In this document: in pieces, positions 49,744 through 61,515 of the stretch
Numbering within the stretch: position 1 is the first letter of the stretch
Layout of the letters: the number at the start of each line of letters is the position of its first letter
Origin: Phallusia mammillata
Taxonomy: Eukaryota
DNA: 64,000 bases
Direction of reading: 5' to 3'
Assembly (NCBI GenBank): GCA_965637545.1
Contig: OZ281496.1
Location: 29,202,001 to 29,266,000 of the forward strand
The notes under the pieces: model-generated
What the model saw: only the letters and a program-made list of their open reading frames with translations
What the model was told of the DNA's origin: nothing
Database searches by the model: none
Program-made: the position numbers and the translations under genes

Positions 49744-50490
49744 TTTTTTTACCTTGCGGCACCCAATCAAAGAGATAAATAGTTTGCTGCACCCTGGCAA
49801 AACTGGATCAATTTTATTAGGTTTCTATATTTCAAATAACTGTTTGAAACAACACAGAATGAGTTGTACATTATACTAGCACGCGTAAATAAATGTATTT
49901 ATTCAAAAGTCAGTGTGAAATTAGGCCTTGACTTCCTGCACAAAGTCCCTTAATATGTGAAGGCACATTCGATAAAGCCACCCGCATTTCTTCCTCGACT
50001 ATGAGTAGTCGTTCTCGTTTCTTTGTTTTTGTATTCGTTAATGTGGAAAATCCACTCTCACATAGGTATGGCGTGGAAATCTGCAACAAAAGCACAATGG
50101 CTTTCTTTCCAAGCCAATGATATCCAGAACGCGCCGAGAGGCATCTGCTTGTGCATAAGCCTAAAAAACTCTTTTTATGGAAAGAAGCGAAACGAGTCGA
50201 AATTTCTTTCACTTTGTTTTTTCCTGGGTGAGAATCCAAAGGCTTACCGCGGATTATCTACTTACCGCCTGCGACTTCCCCACGAAGCGACTCTCCAGAA
50301 TGGAGCCGGGGATAGATGCGAAACTTAATACACACTAAAACTCGGTTAGAAATAAATAAATTCCACGGTTAATGTGTTAAAGTTAAAATAAAAAAATGGT
50401 CGCAGAATTGCAATATCAATATCTCGCGGCACCATTGAGCATTGCAATTGGCACCCCAGGGTGTCGCGGCACCCCGGTAGGGTACTACTG
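49729..50490 (-). mobile_element. Non-autonomous hAT (Buster/Charlie-type) element with transposase C-terminal remnant
   Basis: TIRs CAGTGGTTCCCAACC / GGTAGGGTACTACTG (12/15 match); perfect 8-bp TSD CGCTAGAC (49721-49728, 50491-50498) with central TA. ORF 49910-50239 encodes STPYLCESGFS..KTKKRERL..EMRVALS..SH, the hAT dimerisation tail. Confidence 0.9.
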
Positions 50491-51083
50491 CGCTAGACAA
50501 AAGCTGCTGTCATACAAATTATTTGGTGGCGGACTAGAGCAAGGTCGTTTGGTGCAGGCTTTGGTACACCTAAATTACACCACCTACTCCTACACTATTG
50601 TTTTGATTATATTAAGGCCCGGTAGCATTTATTTTTAAAATTGTGGTCCTTAATTATAAAATATCGCTGTATAATATTCGAACTGGACTCGAAAGAAAGA
50701 TTTGGCTTAGTGGACAGAGCGACACCTACCGATAAGCTATCAATATCAAATTTAACACTAGGTTATGTTTTGATGGTACCAGTCAAAAACCTCGAAATAA
50801 GAACTCGTGCATGCCTGTTGCACATTATAAATGCGTTTCACAGGATCTGCCTTTTTTTATTGTTAGCAAGTTCATGCCTTTCAGGATCACTAAGTCAAAC
50901 TGTTTCAGTACGTAATAATAAAAGAGCTCATTCTCTTGTTGTCGCCGTGCTGGACGGACGTGTTTTTGGAGCTGCTGTTGTCGCTATAAAGTTCTGTTTT
51001 AAACTGTCTACTTCGATGAGTTTTTAGCTGTTATAACAAGTCAGATCTCCTGTAGCGATCAATTCAATATCTTTCACGCAAAT

Positions 51084-51818
51084 ATGGAGAATATTACTGT
51101 CAGAGGCAGCCACAGAATGACTAATACTGAAACAAGTGATGCAGGTGAACCAACATTACGAGACGTTTTCAACCTCATGCAATGAATGGACAGGCGCTTG
51201 ACCTCAATCGAAAACGACCTGAAGGAACGCGTCGGTGAGGCAGAAACAAGCCTCGAGGTTGCACACCATCGAATTGACGAGCTCGAGAGCAAAGTAGCTT
51301 CGCTTGAAACTGACCTAAAGGAAACTAAGGTTAAATTGAATCAAAAGCGCATTGTGGACGAAATGCGTTCCAAAGAATTTAACCTGCTGATTCATGGCAT
51401 ACCTCAACTGCTATCTACTGAGTCACCTGGCCAAACCGAACACGTCTTAAGAACGTTCATAACGGAAAAACTGCAGTATTCTTCCTCTGAACTTGCTAAT
51501 ATACAGTTTAGCAATATTCACCGCCTGCCGCGGCGTACGTCAACAATCAGTGGAGACAAAGATTTATCTAAACCAGCCCCAATAGTTATCAAGTTTGTCA
51601 AGATGTCGGACAAAAGAAAGATTTTTTCTTGTTCCGGTCGCGCTCGGTCCTTTAATGCAAACATAACAAGGCATCTACCTGCTTCTATGCAGGCTCAAAG
51701 AAAGGAATTAATTCGCCATGCTAACAAATTCTACAATCAGGGAAAAACTGTCAAATGGCAAATTATTGAAGCTGATTATTGTCTTTTTGTTAATGGTAAA
51801 AAGTTTACAGATTTTTAG
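51084..51818 (+). pseudogene. LINE ORF1 (coiled coil + L1-like RRM) with one premature stop
   Basis: Heptad-like LTSIENDLKERVGEAETSLE...; RSKEFNLLIHGIP, IHRL, PIVIKF motifs. In-frame TGA at 51183-51185 between ATG 51084 and the listed ORF at 51186. Confidence 0.8.
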
Positions 51819-51835
51819 TTATTTATGTTGTTTAA

Positions 51836-54800
51836 ATGGATCGACCTGGTGATGGTCTAGCGCTTTTTCACATCAATGCTCGAAGCATTTTCGCTCATAA
51901 CAGTTCTTCCAAACTAGATGAACTGCATTTTATAGCATTAAATCGTGGTTTCGACATTGTCTGCGTGACTGAAACATGGCTTGATTCAAGTGTTTCTAAC
52001 GAACGTCTGATCATTGACGGTTTTCAGTTTCCTTTAAGAAAGGACAGAAATAGGCACGGTGGCGGGGTGTTGGCGTATGTACGCAATGATATTCGCTGCG
52101 TACGCTTGTATGATCACGAGTCTGCCGATTGCGAGTTGATGTGGCTGGAAATTACCATGGTTCCCGATTGTCGACCAATAATAATTTGCGTTGGATACCA
52201 ACCTCCTAATTATAACAAAACCTCCAAAGATATTTTTTCCGCAAAATTATGTTCTAAAACTTACAATTGATTCGTTACAGCAAACCACCAAATGCGTTAT
52301 TATTGTAGGCGATTTTAATGAGCCCCACGCAACTATCTTTACGCAACTAATAGACCAACCAACCGCAACTAATAGACCAACCAACCAGATTTAGTAACAT
52401 TCTAGACACGATTTTAGTAAACGCACCCGAGTGTGTATTGTCATCTGGGGTACTACCACCACTTGCAAATCTGGATCACTGTGCTATTTATGTTACACTT
52501 AATTTATCTCGTGGCGCTCTCCCCAATCACGTGTTTTACAAATGGATTTTCGCCAAAGGTGATTTTGAATCTTTAAACAATATTTTCATCGCGTATCCAT
52601 GGGATGATTTGGTTGCAAGCTCATCCTCTGTTGACATGGCCCTAAACAACATTACAGATGTTGTTAACCAGACGTGCAAAACGTATATTCCACTCCGTTC
52701 TTTTAGGCTAACAGCGAAATGTAAGCCATGGATGAATCGCGAAATTAAACACCTGTTTCGAAAGCGACATCGCTGGTTTACCAGATGGAGAAATTCTGGT
52801 GATTTACAGCACAAATTACAATACAACAAACTTAGAAACGAAATCCAACGCAAAATTAAGAACGCAAAAGCTAAATATCATGCGCATATTGTTAACGAAG
52901 CCTGCTTATCTAAACCTTCTTCTAAGAGGTTTTGGTCGCTCACACGTAAAATCCTGAATACCAACGAAGATACCTACAACAGCAAAAGTACGCCAAGCCT
53001 TGTTTATAACGGAGTAACGTATGTTAATGACTTCGAGAAAGCAAATCTCCTAAATCAACATTTCGCCTCCATTTCCACACTCCCTTCAAATCTGCTTTCA
53101 CTGTCTTTTCCTCCTTCTTCCTTCCAGCTTAGCCTATCCACACCTTCTCTTGACATTACCCCGTGGGATGTTTACCGCGTATTACGTAAACTTGACCCTA
53201 GTAAATCTTCTGATCCGCTAAATCTTCCTAATCACATTCTAAAACAATGTGCAGAGTCCATTCAGCTATTTATTTAATTATATTATATCCGTGGGTATCT
53301 TTCCGTCAGAGTGGAAAAAGCTACAATAATCCCACTGCACAAATCTGGACCAAAACATGATGTAAAAAATTATCGACCAGTTTCGCTCCTACCCTCCCTA
53401 TCAAAGGTTTTTGAAAAAATTCTCCACAAACACATGATTACTTATTTAGAATCGAATAAACTTCTGAACCCCAACAATTCCGGATTTCGCCAAAATCATT
53501 CAACCATCACCAATCTGCTTCACACAACCCACAATATTTACGCTTGTCGTGACCAACGCATTGATTGTCGAATAGTTTTTCTTGATATCTCCAAAGCTTT
53601 TGATCGTGTTTTGCACCACGGTTTGCTTCATAAGTTACAACAAATTGGGATAAATGGCAGTTTGCTTCCTCTACTAAAATCGTACTTAACTGGTCGTGTA
53701 CAACAAGTTCGCCTGAACAACAATCTTTCAACCTTACAGCCTACTAATGCCGGGGTCCCACAAGGTTCAATTTTAGGTCCCTTGCTTTTCTTGATTTATG
53801 TTAATGACATCTTCAATAACTTAACCTCTAACATTTCACTTTTTGCTGACGACACTGCCCTTTATTATTCGGATAAATCTCCAAATCAACTTCAAAAAAT
53901 TTTACAGCGAGATCTCAACCACCTCGACAAATGGGCTTCCACTTGGGCAATTAACTTTAATTCCTCCAAATCTAAAGTACTATCGCTTTGTAAAAGTTCA
54001 AATTTTCCTCAAATTTTATTCAAAGGTGTAGCTCTTCCTGAAACCCGTGCACATACGTATTTAGGCCTTGTATTTACACCAACACTTTCCTGGCACGACC
54101 CCATTCGGTACATATGCCATAAAGCACAAATCAAAGTTAACCGATTGCGCAAAGTATCTAACATAGTCTCCCGGCATATCATCCTGACCCTTTATAGGTC
54201 CTGCGTTCTTCCTACACTTGAATATGGCGATATTGTATTTGATAACTGCAACCTCTCTGACTGTGAATTACTAGAAAATGTGCAACACCAATCGGCTAAA
54301 CTAATTTTAGGGTGTATGAGGACAACCTCGTATAATAAAATATTACAGGACCTTGGTTTGACACCCCTCCGTGTTCGTCGCAACGTTCACTCTCTCGTTC
54401 AATTTCACAAAATTCTCAATCGCATAGGACCATCATATTTACAAAACTGCATTCCTGAATACATCAAAAATTCAGTTAAACATGACTTGCGTAACCCCCT
54501 AAAAATCCATCCCATTGCGTGCCGCAGAAATACCAAATTCAACTCATTTTTTCCCAAAACTATCCGATTATGCAATGATCTCCCAAAAGAAATTCGATCG
54601 ATAAAATCTGTTTCAGTTTTCAAAAATAAGGTTAAAAACTTTTCTTTACGAATCGGGTCAGAACCTTGCATCTGTATGGCTCTTGTCCTAGGACGACTGC
54701 CCTTCATTGCATGCTTCGACTTAACCATAGCCCACTCAATATCAATCCTAGGCACTTTCGTCCTTGTGCTTGTCAGGCCGTAGAAGCCACGCAACATTTG

Positions 54801-55025
54801 TTTCTCCGTTGTCCACTATTGGTTCATCATCGCACAATTTTGTTCTCTACTGTTTCGAATATTCTGACAGAAAACGCCAAGTTTAACGCATTATTTCTTT
54901 CCAATCTTTCTCCTGGGGCATTTATTCGTTTCATGCTATTTGGTCATCCTGATTTAACGGACGCTCACACACTGTCATTATCCCATGCTGTTCATAAATA
55001 TTTGCGTGCATGTAATAGATTTTGA
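51836..55025 (+). pseudogene. LINE ORF2 (AP endonuclease + reverse transcriptase), frameshifted into several pieces
   Basis: HINARSI, VTETWL, DRNRHGGGV, VGDFN, DHCAI (APE); YRPVSLLP, FLDISKAFD, GVPQGSILGP, LFADDT (RT). Pieces at 51836-52270, 52191-52394, 52438-53277, 53311-54783, 54666-55025. Confidence 0.9.
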
Positions 55026-55393
55026 TTTCTGCTGCCGTTTTATTGACATTTAGCCTCTTTCGTTCGCTTTTCTTCTTTTGTTTCCTATTATTCTCGTCTA
55101 TCCTTTATCTGAAAATACGTTTATTTCTCGTATGGTGACACGACAAAGGACAGTTTTCAGTTTTTTTCAGTTTTCCGGACTGTCGTCTAATTGTCGTAAA
55201 ATAATAATAATAAAAAAAGAGCAAATGCTTCTGCCTCAAAATTTGCCTTTGTTGTTTGCAGTTTAGAGACTGACGATGCCTGCATTGGCAAAATATCTCT
55301 CTTAATATTTAACAACTTTGTGTGAGCTGATTTGGAGTCAGAAGTATTTGCTTCTTTATTATCAAAGACTGTTGTACATGACTATACAATTAC

Positions 55394-55482
55394 CTTAAAC
55401 TAGTCGTAATATTCTTGATGCCTATCAGATGCAACACATTGAAGCAACGCTTCATAAAATGCAGATATACCTTCTCTGGATG
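55394..55482 (-). pseudogene. Fragment F': partial penultimate exon of an F-type copy with nonsense codon
   Basis: GISAFYEALLQCVASDRHQEYYD*FK|GT versus gene F GISAFYDALLQCVASDGHQEYYDLFK. Confidence 0.8.
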
Positions 55483-56513
55483 GTCCTCGCGTATTTTTTA
55501 ATGTTGTACGTCCGGCCATGAAAATGGTTTGGTGACCCCAGCTCTGTTTCGCCTCAAAGCGTCATGCGCCGCGTGTGTGTTACGCACAATGATAATTTGT
55601 CGCCAACACACTTCTACAAATATGATCTTTTATTTCCTGTTTTTTGACACGATGCTTAGGATTAGATGCAAGATAAACAAATTGATTACAAAATAACAGA
55701 GGACTTTCTGTGTTATCCATTACAAATTGAAAAAAAACTACACTTTACTCATGGTTAAAAACGACTACACGTCTACTTGTTAAATCGTCACTAAATTAAA
55801 CATAACTAACACATTTGCAATAAGCATGAACGCCAAGAGGGGAGAAGATTTGACAAATTACATGGATAAATTACGATTATGCAATTGTATACATGTATAA
55901 AATTATACAGCGCATTGGCGTTGCCTAAAACCTAAATAACTCTACAATGTAAAAAACACGTTATCACGAGTAGCTCTTTTGTCTGTCCGATGCCCTCTAT
56001 TGCCCTAACGTGCTAGCGCCCATGAACCTTTGCAGACTATGTATCCGAAGTTAACAAACACAACAACAGAAGTTTTCCACACAGATTATGTATATTTACA
56101 AATTTACAAACAATACATTAACAATTTTTTTACTTGAAGAAATATATAGATGAAAACACATATCACGGACCAGTTTGTAAAATAGCAAAGACACATGTCT
56201 AAAACGTTTTCTTCTGATATGATAACTAAATCAAAGCAAAACTAACATATTTGCAAAGCACATGAACCTGTAGAGATTAAAGAGTATTTTACAAATTACG
56301 GGCATACCAACTGACTTTTTATACAGATTAGAATTTTTTACAAGCCTTACAAACATCAACAAATTTTACTTGTGGATAAAAACTTATATCAAGGCAAAAT
56401 AGCTAAGACTACATGTCTACAAAAACTGTTCAATGTCAGTACAATGCATAAAATCTATCGGTTTTGGTTTTGCCCGTAGTTGATTTTTGCCTATTGTTAC
56501 ACCTTGTAGCAAT

Positions 56514-58103
56514 TTAGACAGCCTTAGGCTTGTCAAAACAAACTTCTTTCCTCAACTGGGTTTGGGTCCAGGGAACCGGTTGCTCTTGATCTGCCATTCT
56601 CTTTCTCACTTGTGTCAGTATCTGTTCATGAAGACCACAAAGACGGTGTAAAAATAATACAGTCGTGAAAACAGAATTAATCTCAGTTTCGTTTTTTTGA
56701 AAAAGATTATTATGAACGACTTTTAGATTATCATGGTTTGTACACAAACCTTAAATACATCGTAATATTCCGGGTGTTGGTCGTTGGTAACACAATGAAG
56801 AAGAGCGTCATAGAAAGCTGTTATTCGTTTTCCGTCTTGCCTGTCAACCAAACCTAAACGATACAGAAACAAAATAGTAACACTCAACATACTTTTAAGG
56901 ACTAGGGAGCGCTAAAAACCTCTTTCTCTTTTGTTCTTTTACTTTACACTAAATCACACCTTCAGTTCGTATAATTTTATGAACAAAAGTAACAAACCTC
57001 CTTTGGAGAAAGTGATCATAACATCAGCGTCTGGGTGATGAGGCAAATACTCGTTCGCGTCTGATCCAGTAACGTCAGCCACCACCAACGATTGTTGTTT
57101 CTAATCATTTTCATTGGGTAATTATACGATAATGAGTTTATGTGACAGCTACAGTATTAAAAGTTTAAACGTGTCAAGTACAAAAAAAGTTTTCAACATT
57201 TATTTCCTTTCGACTCATTTGAAGCATGTTGCTTTTCACAACTGGTTTGGCAAGAACAGCGGGTGTCAAACTGGAGTCTGTGGTCCCTGCAGAATGTTTG
57301 AATATAGCAGCAAGATTGGTTTTCAAGGAGTAGCTTAGAACTCGAAAGCTTGAGTTTTTTTGAAAAAGTTAGAAACCAAAGGCTAGTATTTATCTTTTGT
57401 AAGTCGTTTCTGTTCTTACTTGTACAAAGAACAACTTTGGTTGCCCTCTCAATGCATGTGCTGGGCTTCCAACCTTATCTAAACCAGGGGAGTATTTACC
57501 GCGAAACAGAGTTGTAATCTCCTTCAAGTCGAAAGTGTCGTTTTCATAGTTTAGTTTAAATTGTTTATCTCCGTTTGTGTCAGATATAATAACGCACACC
57601 AAGCATGAAATGGCTTGGAAGTTCTTTACGTCTGTGAAATATATGAAACCAGGATATATATTTTAACCATAAGTAATCCCTTACAATAAGTTGCCAAACA
57701 TTTTTGCAGGCCTGGTTTTTGTTGCTAACAGCTCTTCTGAAAAATACCTCAATGCTCATTTTGGTTTGCAAGTTCACAAACCCAGTTTTTGCCGCAAAAA
57801 CAAAAACAAATTGAGGAACTATTCAATATACCTATTTTTCTTTTTTGTTGCGTTTGTTTAAAATAAGGTCTTTTCCGGATTTAGTGCTAGAGTAAGTATT
57901 TTGTCATGTTCATGTTTGGAAATATATGGAAACAAATACTTACAACTGGCAATCTTGTTCACTAAATCTGTTTTCGTCAACTTAAAATTCCCAGGATGCG
58001 CATCTTCTCTCAGTTCCAAGCATGGTGTTTTAATGTTGTTTTCATCAAACCCCCACAATTTAGCAATTTGTCGAAGGGCAAGAACGTCCTCATTAAATTT
58101 GTT
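56514..58103 (-). pseudogene. Fragment G: last five exons only (pseudocaspase domain), D-like, reading frame open
   Basis: Exons 58103-57944, 57631-57420, 57100-56998, 56853-56750, 56621-56514; GT-AG, in phase, no stops. Upstream 58104-61500 contains no ballast or active-caspase exons. 3' flank 55535-56514 closely matches D's flank 20800-21780. Confidence 0.82.
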
Positions 58104-61100
58104 CTAAAGTGTATTGATGAGTTTCTGCTTTTTGGGGATTTGATTGGGTGCAAATGCCTAGGTATTTTAATCCAGGGGTTGACAGCCTCTTGAACGCACC
58201 GTGCCAAAATACTAGTTATTATAAAATGATAATAACTTAGCGTGCCAACTTGTTTGTTGGTAATGTTAGTTCACCTAATATTAGGAGATAAGTCGAACCA
58301 AAGCATAACACAATGCGACAGTTAGTGACAGGCTTTGTTACTAACAAGTCGAGTGTTGATTCAATCGCGCCTCAGATTGTTCTGGGTGTGTCTGTTTCTG
58401 TTCGGAAAATATTAAGTTAATGTTTTATTGTCACTGCAACTGTATTGTCACAACCAACCAATCTACAAACTATGACACTGTTACATAAATCCCATTGAGA
58501 AAATCAAATAACCTCGTAACTAAGAAGCATTTCGGGCTACCAACGCTCAAAGCAAACTATAGCACCCCAATCTAATACTAGGAGAAAATTCCTGAACCTG
58601 AGCGTGACGCAATACAACAGTCAGTGACAGGCTTTGTTACATACAAGTCGAGCGTTAATTCGATCGCGCCTCCGGTTTTAAGATTTTAAGGTTAAAAAAC
58701 AGTCTCGAACTTAAAATGATCTTCCTGTCAAGTCTGTTATTCTGGGTGTGTCTGTTTCTGTAGTTATAAAATCATTGGTTGAAACGCAACAAGTTAGAAA
58801 CCTAGAACAAACCGCTGCGGCTATACCCTGGGAGGAATAGTAGGGCTTATTTGCTAAAGTGTGAAACTCGGGTTTCGCCCAGCAGTAAACCAAAGTGTTT
58901 GCTAACGACCACCTGTCTGTGTGATTTGGGGAAATTCTTAATTTCTATCTCCACTGAATAACTTCAAGCTATAGCCAATACACTTTCTATCTAAACAACT
59001 TTCTTTGCGCAATCTGAGCTAACTGAATGACTGGATTTCGCGGATGGTTGGCTTTCGAACAGGCCAGAACTATGGCGCATCACGTCGCGACTTTATATGG
59101 TCACCTTACTACGCGGAACTCCAAATGTGAAACATTGGCAGAACTGAAATTTGATTCCCACCAAACACGTTCAACCCGAACACTCTTCATTGTAACCTTT
59201 TTAATTGACAGTGCATTTTGATCCGACTTGGCGAAGCGAGCAGGTTTTATTTACGTTTGGCAAAATTTAACCTCACTTTAAACGTTGTTGCGGGTTTGAT
59301 AAGTTTGCTTTATTTAACAGTCGGCTCTTGGTACTGTTGAGCTTTTTGCATGACTTATCTGTGTCTTATATGTCACCTATAAACCTTGGTATTTGACAAG
59401 GTGTTCATTAATTGGATGCTAAGTTTTCTTTTTATATTATTTCATTCCTTCTGTGCCGCTTTACTGAAATTTTAATCAGATGATAATACAGTGATCGACA
59501 TTAAATGCAGTTTAATATGTCTATTGGACGAGTGTTCAAATTTGATATCTCAGTTTATTTAAACATTGGGTTCATTCTATATCCTTTCGTAAACCCTTCG
59601 CTGTAAGAACACAAATTTCTGAACTAAATTGACAAACCTTAGCTTACACCTAAAGATAAGCATGCTAATTATTTGTTATTGATGTAATGGGCAGTTTAGT
59701 AACTAAGCAATGCAACAAAAACTTCCGCACCAGGTCAAATACGCATTGTTCGCGACATGGCCTTGGCACCATATTTTATTTTTGCTACTTGTCAAGCGCA
59801 GAAGCTTAAGGTATGTTGCTAACGTTACACCGTCAGCCAACATTTAGAACAAACAAACATATGGTTTCAGCGAAAAACTGTTTCGTCTCTATGTTGATTT
59901 GACTGTGACGTTAGATGAAACGTCAGTTCCGCAACGCTGCACCATTTACTGTAATATGCTTCTTAAACCGGAACCACAAATCTGCATAGTTTTATGCGTC
60001 ACCTCATATTTTCCATGCTGAGTAAATGATAAATATAGAACATGGAATTCCTGTTTAATCCCAAACAACTGGCTATGCTCTGGTGCGTTGGATTAAATAA
60101 CCAATAATTTAACAAGCCACAGCGAATGTTTTGCCTTTTTACCTATCTACAAGGTTTCATTACCCTGTATATTATTGCACTGCACTTAATGCGACTTAGC
60201 AATGAGTTTTATTTTATTCCACACAACTGACTGTTCTTTTGCTTGTTAGAGTGAATAACAGATAATTTACCGGTTCACATTATAAAATCACACTGCATCT
60301 TGTTACGTTACACAGTGGTAGTAGCCTATAGAATTAAGTAAACGATTATTGAGAATGCTGTCCAATCTGGCTTATTGATCACATCTATCACGCTGACAAA
60401 AATTGTACCACTTTGTATGACGACTGTTTGGTTCGGTAATGACCGTATCATTAAGATGCATGCAGTGGTCGCGTGAACAGATTAAAAATAACATACAGTA
60501 TCTGTAGCGACAATACCATTACGTATTTGCGTTCCTTAAAAATCATACTACACGACTGCACACTTAAACAAACTAAATATAAAAATACTGAAAATAGCAT
60601 ATTGCAGTAATGGCAAATATGTTGGCATAAAAGTTTATAAAATAATGTTTGGTTTTGTGTTTTCGAATGCATCCAGTGTATTTCGGCGCCTAAACAACGT
60701 TTGTTTCTACTGCTCGTTGGCTTGGGATTTCGTAGTGGACCATGTGCTACAATGCTTTAGTTAATGGTGTATTATTTACTTACTCTGGAGAGTATACGTA
60801 AAGTAATAATCGTCAGCTATCACAGATCAGCTGTTAGTTTGTATTTTACGAACTTTTAGTTGATTACTGCATAGTAGTTGGTTAAGATCGGGTTGTAAAT
60901 GAGGCAACCTAGCGTTCGCATTAGAAATTCGACGGCAATGGGTTGTTTTGAAGATAAACAAAGTTTTTTTGCTGCTAGCAACAAAGCTGAAATTGCTTGC
61001 CAGTTTGAACACAAATGTTTTCGTTGCATACCAAAACACTGACATTGTTTTCTCGTGAATGTTAAACAAAGTGGCAAAGTTTCTGCTTGTATTGTTTTTT

Positions 61101-61515
61101 AAACAAGAAAAGTGTAGAAAGTGTTACTTAACAGACTTTGTACTTTTGATTTCAGAATTGGCGATAAGATAGGGACACTTGTTAAGCATATTCAGTGGAG
61201 TCTCACGTTTGGTACCTCAACAAAAACAGGTGGATAGACTAATATTTTGTAAAACGCTTCAGTAAATGTTGACGTCTGTTTTGCCAGCGAAAAGATTCTT
61301 TACATAAAAAATTTTGAGATAGACCATTGTCGTCATTTGCATATGGTAAGGCTAATACAAAACTAAATTGATGTGCTTTTTGACGGAAAATATATGCAAC
61401 TGTCTTTGAAAACTTATATTAATTTATTTGGAGTCGACATTGTGGTAAAAAACGAACAGATTGATTGAAGAAAAACAATTTATATGCACATGTTAAATGT
61501 ATTAAAACGTTTTCA

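Larger units (their letters stand above)
50910..55250 (+). mobile_element. Near full-length degenerate CR1/L2-group LINE (ORF1 + APE-RT ORF2) inside an intron relic of an F-type gene
   Basis: Flanks 50640-50910 and 55255-55300 are contiguous in gene F intron (~61840-62110). AAT/A-rich tail at ~55200-55220. Boundaries approximate; TSD only weakly visible (TGTTT.CAGT). Confidence 0.9.
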
